Shown: positions 1 through 13,958 of the stretch, piece by piece | How positions within the stretch are numbered: the stretch's first letter is position 1 | Layout: every line of letters begins with the position of its first letter | From: Amoeboaphelidium protococcarum X5 | Lineage: Eukaryota; Fungi; Aphelidiomycota | Length of the DNA stretch: 64,000 bases | Assembly: GCA_023515725.1 (NCBI GenBank) | Contig: JALDTO010000213.1 | Coordinates: 1 to 64,000, forward strand | Direction of reading: 5' to 3' | Program-made: the position numbers and the translations under genes | The notes under the pieces: model-generated | What the model saw: only the letters and a program-made list of their open reading frames with translations | Databases searched by the model: none | Told to the model about the DNA's origin: nothing

Positions 1-99
1 ATTAGTTGGAATATGTATATAGGGACAATCCATTTGAATGAACACCAACCTCAACACAATGACAAACCCGTAGTAATTTACTGCGGGGCTTTTTTTATT

Positions 100-593
100 A
101 CTGTGAATGAAAGGTGTAGTAGTAGTATTTTACTCCTTAAAAGTTTGGTTGGTTTACTTGGAGGTTTTTTTTTTGGTTGGGGGCTACTAAAAATCATTTC
201 CCCGGAAGTGAAAGGTGTAGTAGGAACTTTTTTCTCCTTTAATACTTTAATATTTTAACAACCAACTAAACCAACCAAACCAACCAAAATATTATATAGT
301 ATAAAATCAAAACTATTACTTCTTTTTTTTTTTTTATAAACTTGTTTTTTTATATTTTTAAAGAATGAAAATTTTGGTTGGTGGAGGGTGGTTTTGAGAT
401 TCTTAACATTTTAAAAACCCGCGATTATTTTTATTTTTAATTGAGCTTTTGAAAAAATAAAATTGAGTAAATGTTATTTTTTTTGTAGACTGACTCAGTC
501 CGATAGTCAGTTTGTATATACAAACTGACTATCGGACTGAGTCAGTCATGCATTGTAACTAGTACTACCACCACTACTACTACTACATTTCAC
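100..593. repeat. AT-rich non-coding block with nested direct and inverted repeats, possibly the end of a mobile or virus-like element
   Basis: TGAAAGGTGTAGTAG near 107 and 209, with a similar inverted copy near 574-593; tttggttggtttacttgg (144-161) vs ccaactaaaccaaccaaa (262-279) is a 17/18 inverted match; long T/A tracts unlike the rest of the window. Confidence 0.5.
488..547. repeat. 60-bp perfect palindrome (30-bp arms, no spacer)
   Basis: gactgactcagtccgatagtcagtttgtat|atacaaactgactatcggactgagtcagtc; the arms are exact reverse complements. Confidence 0.95.
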
Positions 594-747
594 GTTCTGC
601 CCGTACGAAGACGCGCGTCCGAGTGAATCTCTTCGCGCCTGTTTTAAAGAGATTCCACATTAAACCAACATAGACACGCTCAGTACTTATACATTTGCTA
701 CCGTTAACCATTCATACTCTATCAAAGGCTAATTGAACAGGACAAAT

Positions 748-1182
748 ATGTCTCAGAATACAAATTAAATCATCTGTGAAGTTCCACAGGAAATTACCGA
801 TAAATTGAAGGAATTTAGATTCAGAAAGAGCAAGAAGAATGCTGCATTGATTCTGAAGGTGGACAAGGATGATTTCAAGGTCAAGATTGAGTAGTTACTA
901 GATGGCTGCACAATGGAAGATCTGGCCGAAGAATTGCCGGATAACTAACCAAGATTTGTAGTATATTCCTATGAGTATGTGCATCAAGACGGTCGTGTCT
1001 CGTACCCTCTAATCTTCTTCTACTGGTCTCCCACTACGGTGAAGCCAGAGATGCATATGTTGTACGCCTCCGCCAAGACTCATGTCGTCTAAAAGTGTGA
1101 AGTTGGTAAAGTGTATGACATTCGGGAGTTGAGTACATTCACAGAGACTTGGCTCAAAGAGAAATTGTCATTCTTTAAATGA
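748..1182 (+). CDS. GMF: Glia maturation factor / Aim7-like ADF-H protein (144 aa)
   Basis: TAR=Gln reading: ...LKEFRFRK...[17 protein letters not shown]...[15 protein letters not shown]...MLYASAK...[13 protein letters not shown] stop. Confidence 0.9.
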
Positions 1183-1336
1183 ATTTATTGCTTAGTGTAA
1201 AAGAATTCTGAGACTCTATAAATATATATACTAAACTTTCACCTTCTAATTGCACTAGTAGCACCTCAGTATAGTTGGTATAACAGAACATTGCCACTCA
1301 CAATATGATAACCATCCACCAACAGACGATAATAAC

Positions 1337-1714
1337 TCACTTGGCCTTACTTCTGAGCGATACAAACTGACCGTGTCGCTTCTTGGCCGTTTTCCCGTTT
1401 GGATGCGCGCTCTGTCCGTGCACTGGGAGACCGTATGCCAACCGCTAGCCTCTAAGTGACCCAATATCATAGTAGTGCTTGCAACGCGCGGCAATCTTCC
1501 TCTATAGCTCGTGACCGACTTTATCTGGATCCTGTTCAATAGTTTTCGATATGCGCGACACCATGTCTTCACTCAGATCTTTCACTTTGCATTTCGGATG
1601 GATTGACAGTCGGTTGCATATCTACACCGCCTTCGTGTCTCCAATGCCAAATATATTCCTCAGCGCAATCCTCACAAGCTTCTACTCTGGTAGATTAGCT
1701 CCAAATAAAAACAT
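1337..1714 (-). CDS. SWS2: Mitochondrial ribosomal protein uS13m (Sws2-like, 125 aa)
   Basis: MFLFGANLPEQKLVRIALRNIFGIG...IGSLRGQRLAYGLPVHGQ...NGKTAKK: S13 motifs. Confidence 0.85.
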
Positions 1715-1916
1715 TTTATTATATCGCTGATTTAGTGCGCGAGTTTCTGTGGTGCAATTTTTCAATCGCTGGCTGAATCTCTGTGTCTGAGGAAGAAGAG
1801 CGAAATCAGAGAACTCTTTACCTTTAATCGTAAAACTTTGCGTATAATACTTCCCGCCTTGGTATCATCAATCCTAACTAATCTCGTTAATAAAATAATA
1901 AACTGAAATTCAAGAT

Positions 1917-2750
1917 ATGAAAGAAGACTGGCATAAGACATCCCTCATTAAAAAGTAATTGTAGTAGGCATATCGAGTAAAGGGCGAGATTAAACCGCAC
2001 GATGTTGTTAGGCGAAAGAACTTGCCTGGGAGTAGTAATGCTTGGCGATACAGAGAAGGTGGCGATGATGCGGATGGTTCTAAGCTGAATGATGGCACAG
2101 CGTTAAAATTGAAATTGGAGTCTTTCAGGTTCAGTAAAGATGCACAGGTTCACTTGGATGATGAGCAGTACTGGAATGACGATCGCGATAATATCCTCAA
2201 TGTTGACTTATTTAGAATAGACTTGAAGCGATTAGATTCGCTGATTACTGATTATGATGTAAATGTTGATTTTATACAACCTATCTTGTATACTAAAGTT
2301 GATAAAACACGTAAGTCGCATGGTATCCTGCGGTAGTAGTTATCTCTGGTAGATTAGAATGCGAGTCCGTAAAAAGAGTCTGAATTCTAAGGAATCGCGG
2401 AATTGGACAAATTGTAGATTAAGGATTCTCATGAATAGTAGTAGACTCTATAATAATTACAGTCACCTTTGCATGTATCTTCGCCGGGGTCTAGTCAAAG
2501 TTAATATCAGTCAACACACTCTGAATCTGCTGATAACTCATCATCTGTCAGCGTAGCATCTCCTCTTAGTAGTGAAATGTAAAATAGCATGTCTCCAGTC
2601 TCTCCGGTCTCTCAGCAATCTAATCTATAGGTAAGTTAGTAATAATAAATAATGGAAAAGACGGGATAAGTATCAGCAGAGTAGAAAAAGAGACCATCTG
2701 TGCTTTAAGATGTTGATCCTGAAGAGTGGCTGGACGATTTGCTGGGATGA
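1917..2750 (+). CDS. Hypothetical protein, possibly Aven-like (277 aa)
   Basis: Open frame with TAR=Gln; RRKNLPGSSNAWRY near the N-terminus and EEWLDDLLG at the C-terminus resemble Aven-family motifs. Confidence 0.55.
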
Positions 2751-2869
2751 TGGCTAGTAAGTTACATCTTACCGCGTTCAATCTGTATGAATAGATAAAG
2801 TTATCAATAATTCAATGTAAACTTCGTTAGTAACAAGTCACTTTATCATAAATAGGACATGACTTTCAA

Positions 2870-3650
2870 TCAATAGGAGCGATCTTTGGCAGTGCATTTC
2901 AAACTGGTCAACTGCTTCCCTTTGTAAGAGAGAGTGCAGTGCATTCGATCTCCATCAACAACTTGAGACACGCCGCTCGGAGTACCCGTTAGAATAACAT
3001 CACCCTCTTCCAGAGTCATTATGCGACTAACATGCTGAATTATAGATGGAATGTCAAAGAGCATATCGCGCGTATTTCCAGATTGACGAACTTGTCCATT
3101 CACTTGTATCATTAGATCGACATCATGCGGGTGTGGTATGAGACTCTTCTCGATCACATCGCTTATCGGTGTGAACGTGTCATAGCCTTTACTCTCAGTC
3201 CATGGTAGTCCATTGCGAGCCGCCAGTTGTTACAAATCACGTGCTGTCATGTCTAGTGCCAGTGTATAGCCTCCGACTAGATCAAGAGCGTCTGACTTTG
3301 GCACGTTAGAGCCACGCTTCCCAATAACAACACCCAGCTCAACTACACACAGTATTGATGTTTTGATCAACATGTGTCTGATAAGCCTAGATAAGATTGT
3401 TTACCTTCGTGGTGTACATTAGTTCCTTTTGGAATTAACACTTTGCTGTCATTCACACAGTAAGACGAAGTTGGCTTCAGAAAGATGATTGGACTTTTAG
3501 GGACGTCATTACCAAGTTCTTTAGCATGATCGCTACACACCTGCTTAATATGTACATCAAAGAGCTGGTATAATCCATGATTAAAACATACACATAGTTT
3601 CTGCCGACTGCCACTATCTTGCGACCATTTTTAATAAACTGTTTCCACAT
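2870..3650 (-). CDS. FAHD1: Fumarylacetoacetate hydrolase domain protein FAHD1/Fmp41, 2 introns
   Basis: KIVAVGRNY^[19 protein letters not shown]^[38 protein letters not shown]. Confidence 0.9.
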
Positions 3651-3821
3651 GCTGCTCTAAATGTACAAAGAAGATACAATCACGACACTATAAGTATTAA
3701 CAAGCAGCGAAAGCTTGAAAGACGATGATACAGTAAAGTTAAAATTCGATCATTATAAAGATATGTATTATTCAATTTTTATACGGATATGTCTCATTTT
3801 CATGCCAATACTACATTACCA

Positions 3822-6800
3822 TCAAATCAGTGGAACGGTATCTCCAATTTCACCACGTTGAATTAGCTATGCCAAATTATCAGATCCAGATCCACCTACA
3901 GAAGACGCGACATTATTATTACTGTCCAAGTTATTACTGCCTGTGCCTTAAGCAGCATTTCCAAGTGGCCTCGTAACAACAGCAACCAACTGACTTAACT
4001 ACTCCATCAAATTAGTGTTCTATACAAATACAGGCTATTCAAACCATTCCAATAGCACAAATAAAGGATAACGAGCGCCCTTAAACAAAAGATGAGCACT
4101 ACTCTTACGACGATGCTCCTTCTGAGAACCTGATTTATCCTTTTTGTGATGTGGGGACGATGCTTATGATGGAGACAGACACATCTCAACAGATGCAGAG
4201 TTGAGTTTATTTTCCACCAGAAAGTACTTTGCAATTTATTCATTCCCAATAGCCAGATCCAACAAAAGGCCTATGCAGCGCTGTACAGCTTCAAAATACT
4301 TTTACTGACTAGTATAAGATAGGTCGAGAGGCATAATGATGTCCAACAACGGATCTGCAGACTCTTACTATTATTATTGTGACATTCTCTCTTTGCCTTT
4401 GCCGCCTTTATCCAAAGTAGTAGATTACTGCTTCAAAGATTCAGGTTCATTCGCTCCCAATCTCCACTCTCGTGCACATCGCGCCGTTATGAATATAATG
4501 GCATTTATGATCTCCTTCCTAGCCACACTATTCTCGCATAAATTACGTAGCAGTTGTGGCAAAAAGTGATGGTGTATCGGCCGAGGAGCAAACGCAATCT
4601 TCAGCAGATCCAACAAAGACGACAGGTCCAAAATCTGAGCAGGTTCCTTGTTATTCACAGGCAACTTTTTCACAGCTTCAGCAGCTTTAACACGTTGTCT
4701 TTACTGATTTTGCTGCTCTTCCTAAAGATGATTTCTATGCTGCGCAATATTTCCCTCTGTAAACTGCAGAAAATCTTACATCTCTGGAGGTAAATGATTA
4801 AGAAACTCAGCCATAGACTACTCCATCTAGCTCAGTGTGGGAGCATCAGTATCCATCAATGCGCCCAAAGCTGCAGACGCATTACCTGCACCACCATCAG
4901 TTCCTTAGGCTCGGATCATTCTACGCACATCGATAGGCAGTTGCTACAGAAATTCTTCACTTATGTCACCAGTGATAATGTTATTCGTAGTCTGTTCTCT
5001 AAGATACTGACCAATTACTTCTACTCTCAAATCATCAGGCAGAGCTTGCAAGAACATAACATCAATACCAGTGGACGTCAAATCTACAGGAGTACCATAA
5101 ATCGTAATTACATTCTCATTCGTCGGACCCTGACTTGAAGAGGGTTAACTACCCTCTTGAGTAGACTAAGCACTACCACTTTATTCGCTATTAGCTGCAG
5201 CCTCTGCCGCCTCTTATGCGCGTTTCTGCTACTCTGCGGCTCTATCTGCAGCTTCCTTGGCCTCTTTCTCCTCTCTTTCACGCTACTTAACCTCAGCTAG
5301 ACGTTTCTATTCTTCAGCCTTCAACTTATCAGCCACTTTGGCAGCAGGTAAGAGAGCATTGAGAACGTGATTTACAACATTCTAAGCCTAGTCACTATAC
5401 TTTGCACCAAACAAAAATTTGGCCTCCTGGAACCATCTGTCACTCGACTTTGTAGGAAGAAATTCATTACTAAAGCTATCTTCCTTCTTCTGCTAAGTCT
5501 AGTCATCGGCAAGACCATCTACTTGGCGAGCATTAAAAGACCTACGTCCATTCTCTACAGTCACATTAATACTACGAGGATCCACATGTAACAGTTACTC
5601 AATCATTTAAATAGCACCTTGTGCCTCTTCAGGAAGATCAGGACGACTACCAACAAGACCGCGAGGTAATGTAAGACCATCTGGATTCACATCCGCTGAC
5701 TGTCCACCATTTGAGAGAAAATCTGGATTCTGTGGAATAGTATCAGCCAAAGATACAGCATTAGTGCGGCCATTAATGTTGGAATAACTAGCGATTCCAT
5801 CATCCATCATTAAAGGTTATTATATTCCACCGCCAGTCATACGAACCTGAAATCCAGAGTTTGCAATCTCATCAAACGCATCAGGCCGGAAGATGGTATT
5901 CAAAGGTGGAATTCTGCGTCTCATCAAATTACCAAACGGAGGCATACCTCCGAATGGCCTTCCTCCCATCTAAACAAAATCATCATTTCCCATCTCAATC
6001 TCATAGTCAGCCCAGGCCTAGTTCTCATAATCCTCTTCATCCTCATCTTCTTCTGGATCCTCATCATCGTCGTAGTCGTCTACATCTTGGTCATCATCAT
6101 GCGCATGTTCGACGGCAGCAAATAAGTCATCATCGTCGAAGTGATTCATAAAGTCAAGTTGAAAGTCTCTTTAACCGCCAGCATCTTGATCTCCACCAGC
6201 ATTCGGTGGGCGAACAATGTTCAAATCCTCTATCGGCACTTCAAACGCTAAAGGATCGCCATGATTGTGACCAGGGCCATCGCCATCTTCGTCATCAGCG
6301 ATATCGAGCCACTCAGGCGCATCTTCATCTTCGTCGTCGTACTCTTCTCCTTCCAAATAGTCGTGATTGTGAACACTGTCACCATCATGCTCCATTTCAT
6401 AGTCATCTAGATCAGAGTCGGTATCACTGATGTCTCCATCATCATCATCATCGTCAAGACTATCATCGTCTTCATCGTCAACAGGAGTGGCTCTAATCAC
6501 GACCTCCATATCCATGTCGTCTCCAGAATTCATAGAATGATCATCGTCGGTCTCATCGGAAACATCTGTGAAATCACCACCAGCATCTTCGTCCATCATA
6601 TCCTCATCACTGTAATAATCCTCTTCTTCACCATACTAGTCTTCTTCTCCATCCTCGTCAGACGACGTCATTCCATTTCGACCATGACTAACGCCTGCTG
6701 GATTCATAACTCCCAGTGCGGAATCGCTGATAAACTCGTCATTGTCCAGTTACAAGGAAGCAGATTAACTGCCCTAATACTCCGGCTAATCTTTCTATTG

Positions 6801-9800
6801 TTGCACAATAGCATCCAATAAAGACAGACGAGATGCTTTTGGACTATTAGCCGCGGACGAGAACTTGCTGATTTTATTTCCAGATCGCGTTAATGATTCC
6901 AATGGACGCAGTACAGCATCGACAAAATTATCAACACCAGGCAGGCCGTAATCGATACCATTAAAGATCGATGTCAGCAGCTGCAGAAAATTACGCTCAA
7001 GAACAGCTCTTATCACTACCGGCTCAGTGCCGGCCTGTGAAAGCTACATATTGTTACTTCTTGCGGCAGTCTGACCCAGTTTAGGACTAATTATCTTCTG
7101 CAAAAGATCGCAATATGCAAGCAGGGCACCATACTTTGAATTCACATCATTCTGTTTGTACAAGCTAAACTTCATACATCTAGCCAGTTGATCAAGAACA
7201 AACTTTCTCAATCCAGCTAAATCTTGAATAGAATTCAACACTGGAGTAGAACGGCCAGATTTTTGAGTCAGACCACCAGCAGGCGATTGTGATTATACTT
7301 CGTCTACAGAGCACAGAGCTACCACAGCATGCATAGACCATAGAGAAACATTTAGCAGAGTTTTATCAGCCTTCGATAGATTAGATTTGGCGTGATAATT
7401 CAAGTTAGGATACGGAATCAAACGGCGCATAAGCAGCTAGACAAACTTTTCAAATTATCCAAGAGATCCTAGCAAATCACCGCCTTTGAACATGGCTAGG
7501 CGAGTACAGGGGAATGATGTCCAAATCTCAGACAGCATCTAAAGGTTCAAAGACAAATTAAAACGGTCTACTTCTTTAATGCTATCTCTGTCCTTAGCCG
7601 TCTTAGCGTCAAAAGCCAAAATATTACGGACCAGTATGGAAATCACAGCATTCATACCTCCCAACTAATCAGAAGAGTTCAGACATTACATGGTCTCCCC
7701 GACACAATCAAACTTCTTCTCTTCTACATTCTGCTAATCTTCTTAAATGGAATCTGATGCCTTGAAAACGGCATTAATTGACTGGATCTAAACAAAAATA
7801 CCATTCTTGGAATACTGAGTGAGCTTGCATTAATCTTTCGCGGCATCCACAAATGACTGTGGATGTCTGATTATAGCAGCAGCAAAGTTCTTGACAAACA
7901 AACTAACATCTGTAGTGCGTTGACGCGGAGTATTGAGCCAAGTATTGATATCAGATGCAAAGCAAAGTCGAAGCATATCCGGTGACTCTACTATATGCCT
8001 GACAAGAACACAAACTAATGCAGATAATCCACGAACATGCAGTTACTGAGAACGCTCGAGAATAACTTCTAGAGCACTTTTTCCATCATTGTTAGCTGCG
8101 GTCAACAACAGCTGAATAACACCGTCAACTCGTGAGGACAACACCAAAAAGCGGACAACTTGCACTAATAGATCGCCATTCATTATCTAGTCTTCATTCA
8201 GCAAAGTATTGACAACAGAACAGAGTTTAACAATCAAATCCTTCACTTTCTCTGACAACTAAACTTGGACAACCACATTAGGCTAATAGGAATCATCATA
8301 ATTAGTAAGATCCGTCACCGTCTCTTTCACAATCTAGAAAAACGGCTTAACTAGATATTCGACAATAGCCAAAATACAGCATATCAAATTTCGAGACAAT
8401 ACGCTATCCACATCTTTGGCTTACTACAATCTATGAATAAACTCTGCGGCACTAGTTAAGATGCTCACTGCGGTATTTTCTTCACTGGACTTCTATTGAA
8501 AAGATTGCACCAATACAGCGGCGAACGATAACTTGTTCTAGGCAGACTTGAGTTAATCAGCATTTTCAAGGTTATCCAAATTCAAAGAGCTAATGACACA
8601 ATCATTAAACACATTGACAAGCAGATCCTACTTTTTAGCATAAACTTTCAAGATTAGATTCTTAAATCCACTAAAGCCATGCCCAATGCGACTAATAAAC
8701 TCTTTCATGTGAGTTGATATAAAGTCCCTGAGCTCATCTCTAGCTTCTTTCAAATCCTTAAGCTACTGCGCGGACTCAATCTGCTTTTAAGTCAACTCTG
8801 TTTTTTCTTCTTCACCTTAACTCTTATCCTCCTCATCTTCTGACATCTGATCATCGTCACTATCAACATCTTCGTAATCATTGTCACCATCATCTGATAT
8901 CGCATCCTCATCCATGGCATCATCTATGTTCTAACTAAGTCCATCGTTGCTAGATCCTTACGCAGGAACGTCAACAAGCGCGGGCATATCATCAGTATTT
9001 GCAGGTGCCTATCTATAACTTCCACCAGCGTCAACATGTAAATTCAGCGAAATTAGATGATTATAAGCTTCTTCAACATTGTTACCATATTGCTAAAGGA
9101 CACTTAAACAACGACGTCTACTAAATCCGAGATTCATAAGTCTTTCAATGTCTGCCTCGCTGACATCTAAATTGCGAACCACAGTGGCACCAGGTACTAT
9201 CTGCCTAATCTCCTCAACGATCTTTGAGATTTCCGAAAACTAGGCATTAGACTCGCGATCTGCATCAAAGATGTTGGTAAACACGTTCATAAACAATCTC
9301 TAAGTATTCGGTTTGATCTAGGAAAAATCCAATGCCTTCATTATCGGCGACAATTTAGTAATGCACATCAAACGGCAATTGACTAAGAACTAATGAGGAC
9401 TAAAGTCTACCTCAATAACTGGAGCCCCCAACTCTCGATTCTTTCCCAAAAAGTACTACGTATGTTTGGAGTCATGAATAGATTTCGACGCACAAAACAG
9501 CTAGAATACCATCAACAAATTATTTAGCAGTCCCTCGCATTTCTATATGCCCAGCTTTTACTCTTTGTCATTCATCACCGCAACATCTTTAGAGAGATCC
9601 AGATACTCTTCCAAAGTTTTACCAAATAAATCCAGAAAAAGCGCAAGACCACCATGATTGACAAAAGACACTGCAGTAATGGTCTACAGCATATCCACAG
9701 ATCTCTCATCAGTGATCAGAGTCTAAAGAAAACCAGTGCAAATCTGCAGATAATGATATCTCACCACATCTTTGGTGGCTGGAACGCGCTCCCATTTCAA

Positions 9801-12800
9801 CATAGCTAAACATTATTCAACAAAAAGCTCGGAAATGGTGACAGCAAGCGGTCTTTACTCGGCCTTCATCCTCTTGGGAGGTAGAAGTATTTTAGATAGT
9901 CCTTGAAGCAGAGGCACAATGAACGCCGTCGTTTAAGACAGAAGGTAGCGAAGAGCTTTCACATTTCTTACTCTAATATCCTAAGGATTCGGATACCTGC
10001 GATCCTCCTTCTTCTGGGGCACTTTTCCGTCAGCATCAACCTGTACTCCCGCCAACTCTTTAGGTACCTCTTTTCGGAAAAACTAAATTTCTAACGCACA
10101 AAACTTATAAAGCTCAAACACTTGACGCAGAACAAATAACCCCGCATCACTTGAGAAACAGCTAACCATATCAAAAGCAGAAGTGGCCTACAACATCATC
10201 GGAGAACTAAAGACATCACAAAGAGCGCCGACATGAGCATGAACAGAGGCCATGGCTCTAAAATTCTCCCGACCTTACTCAACATGCAAAAGATTCGATC
10301 CGGAAATCAGATCTATATACTTGGCAAAGATTGATTTCTAATCAGTGCAGTTAAACAATTGCTGACATCCTTAAAATGCCGCAGAAGTTTTCTCCAACAG
10401 ACAAGTCAATACTTGACGGATATCAATACCAGACATTACGCGCAAGACACTAGAGCAACTGAAACTCGCCAGTGAAGATCCGAAATCATACGGCAGCGAT
10501 GGAAGAGAGTACAGATCCAGCAGCGCTTCCACGCCGCCCATCTTCATAAAATCGCCTGCATGACTTTCCGTCTAAAAGAATCCTTCAGCAAAACGGGCAC
10601 AAATATCCACAAAGCACATAATAGGAGATTCATGCGTCTCATCCTTAGTGGCAACGTCTTCATCAACAAATTCAATGGCGCCTACATTAGCTTCAGCCTC
10701 ATAGGTGAGCAATTGATGTCCAGACTTTATCGGATCACGACCGACAACATCGACTCCAGACGTACGACCCAAGGCGGCAACTTTGAGCAAGATATCCTTG
10801 AATGACTTCAAAATATCATCCTTTAAACGTGGATGATGTCTAACCAGCTCATCAAACGACGTACCCAACGCAGAACTAGCATCTTCATCAAGCAGAGGTC
10901 GGATATGCTCGCTAGACATAAATGTACTAAAGAAGTTGGGAAACGGATTCATGGCATGCACCTTATCAAGAGCAGATGAATTCAGACATATAGCACCAAG
11001 AGTGTACGGAATAGAGAACAATAAATCAAATGAAGCTGGATACTCCGAATTCAACACTCCAATAAACTAGTCCACGACTCCCTTATCCTACAACACTGCG
11101 AACGCGGCAGGTTCATTGTGTATCATGGATCCAAACAAGTTATACGCCATCGCAGTTATAACAGCACCAAAAGCGTTCACATTCTTCATCACAGACAGAA
11201 TTATATCAGGCAATGGAGATTCTACAAGATTTCGAATACGATCATTACCACCCTGACTTTGCATAGTGTGAATGATAAATCGCACCAGACTTTTAAACAG
11301 AGAAATCCTGTTATAAGGAATCTTTTCAGACGATACATTAGGACTCTTTTTACCAACGCCGATAGACACAGGGGAAGTACCTGAAGAGGACGACTACAAA
11401 TTATTGTCATCAACCATCATCATGTGAACACTTTCCTGCTCTATAGCAGGAGAAGCTTACGCCTTTTCATAATCCAGGCAGACATCCAGCTCCTATTTAA
11501 TACATCTGACAATAATATTGAATCCATCTGCATCAGCAATCGCGTCAAAGACACCAGTAACATTACTTGCATACGAGACAGTATCCAGAATCGTGGCTAG
11601 CTTGGTAAAAACTCTCAAGCTCTCCTTTGGCAAAGAATGTTAAAATGCACTTAGAACCACTGGTACAATTCCGGCTTGGACTAACTGATTACCACAATCT
11701 TTATTAGCTAACAGAGTGGAGATTAAACACAACAAAGAGTCCATGAAATTAAAGTCTAATCTTTTATCAGCATCACTCCCAATATTGCAAGCATCAATAA
11801 TAGATTTACGTAACAAGAATAGCAATATTCCATGAGAAGCACCCAGATTCAACACTCCCATCAGGTCATTAACCTTGCCACGATGCTGACACATTGCCTC
11901 AAACAATATCAGGGCAGCGGCTTATATTGAAGAAGGAACACTAAAATTAGACTACTAAGCTGAATCAAGCAGACCAGCAACATCTTGCATCACAAATGAA
12001 CATCTGTCAAATAGCTCAACATTTGCAATCACCTCCTGAGACATGAACGTATACAAAGCCATAGCGAGTAGACGAATTCTCAACAACTATAACCGGGTCT
12101 GATACGTCTACATCCCATTAACAAATCTGAGTGAATGCAATAACTATACATGCATTTCTTGGGGCACTTTGTATTTCTAAACAAGGCTATTAAAATGCTC
12201 CATCACATTGTCAGCATAAGGAACGTTAAACTTTACAAAGCCATTTCCACTCGATGCACCACCACCAATATCAACCATATTCTCCTCAGCACCTGACGAC
12301 GCTTATTATTATTATTACTAAGCTTAAGATCTGTAAAAGGAGAATATCATATCAGCATCTTTAACTTTATGCTCCGGATTGCAAACATCCTTAAGAGAAG
12401 AATTCGACTGCCAGGCCAGTGATAAAGAGCGCAGAGCTGCAGTGCTAACATGAACAACAACACCCTGAGTCTTAAACGGTCTCACAGACACTGATCGCTA
12501 AGCAGGACGAACTAGAAGCTTAAGCACACACTCCAATACATCCAGATCATTTACACCCAAAAGACAATTAAGATTATCATACGAATTATACACTCCCCTA
12601 TTCATGGCGTTCTCCAGCAACATGCGAGACATTGTGAGAACGGCAATGAGAGTCTACTTATCTGCAGCTTCCATCAAACCGAGCTAAACCTTCAGTCGAT
12701 CACGAGTAGCCACAATCTTCTTGTCATCTTTGCGATAGAAACCACCAGCCGTATCCAGAGCACCATTCTAGTCATCATTATCAGATGACGACACCAGTGG

Positions 12801-13070
12801 AACGGTTCCCAGCTCATACCTCTTGATCATATCAGAATAAAACTAGTCAAAGCAGTCCAGAACAGACACAAAATGATACATATCCACTTTAGGATACGTC
12901 CATTCTAAAGTGCTCACTTCCACGCTCTAACCACCACAACGAAGAAACTTGTCAATTACAGACACCCATTCACGGGGATCACCACTAGAATTTACAATCT
13001 TCCGAATAAAAGTCTTAAAAGCCTATGGAGGATTACTCAGACGTTTTGGAGGACTCTTTGTAATCTTCAT
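3822..13070 (-). CDS. TOM1: Tom1/HUWE1-like giant ARM-repeat protein (~3082 aa): N-terminal ARM region, UBA-like segment, acidic region, UBM-like repeats; no HECT domain before the stop
   Basis: All minus-strand ORF fragments 4425-11906 share one frame; MKITKSPPKR start, IHNEP, LGTSFDELVRHHPRLK, PxxIDPEFLxALP-type repeats, LMEQLSQLVAVVTRPL; I translated 4427-3822 by hand and the first in-frame TGA is at 3824-3822. Confidence 0.85.
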
Positions 13071-13144
13071 TCTTTATTCAATCACCACTTTCGTGTAATA
13101 TGAACACTTTTAATTGATAGAGGAAGAAACTGGATGCGATAATT

Positions 13145-13168
13145 GAGAGAGAGAAAGAGAGAGAGAGA
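13145..13168. repeat. (GA)n microsatellite upstream of the TOM1-like gene
   Basis: gagagagagaaagagagagagaga. Confidence 0.7.
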
Positions 13169-13958
13169 AATGCCAACTGATCGCGCTTGACTCAGAAACG
13201 ACTTTGAGCACTGCGCAAGAACGAGAGGAAAGTGATCAGTGATGGAATAAACGACGACCACAGCACGGAACTGTACTGTCTGAATCGTCTTCAGCCTATT
13301 TATGTACTCTTAAATTGCAAATCTATGTAGTATCAGACACTTATATACACTATCAAGTTGTTGGTAGACCCCAGGACAGAGATTTATGGACTCAGCTGAG
13401 TTACTTTGAGGTAGACATTTTACGAAAGTTGCCTACAAGTAAAACGCGTACCATACAGGAAACAGCTAAAGCCGTGTGATACAATGCTCTGTGGTCATTA
13501 CTCACTCTTTTAAATTCCTAAGTCTATGACTGAGCTGAGAATATGTGGTTGCTGGATGTTCAGTAGTGTTGTGTTTGTAAGCCTCGGTTTGAAACATTTT
13601 CGACTGGATGATTTGTTGCACGATCGTTAAGTATCACTGTTTACCGCATTTAGCACAGGAAAGGTAACACAGTGGGTGAGAAAGAAGCCACCATATTCTT
13701 ACGATAACAAAATGTCAACAAATAAACCACTTAATTGTATAACTTATTTTCGATTAAAACGCGTATAACTCCTAAAAATTTGCATCTTCTGACTTCAGTG
13801 ATTGCTTTCGAGGAACTACCAACTCTACTCCGCTTTTCTTTGAAATTGTCGTTGTTGATTGAAGTAGAATCAGACGCGTTATATTAATTGTTTGCCTGAA
13901 CAAGACTAGCATCTAGGGATATTTGAGTATTTAAACTGAATAAGATCGAATACAGTAC

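Noticed and set aside
13300-13800. Possible small gene between TOM1 and WDR70
   Set aside because: A ~100-codon plus-strand frame exists under TAR=Gln, but open frames of that size arise easily with one stop codon and it has no recognisable features.
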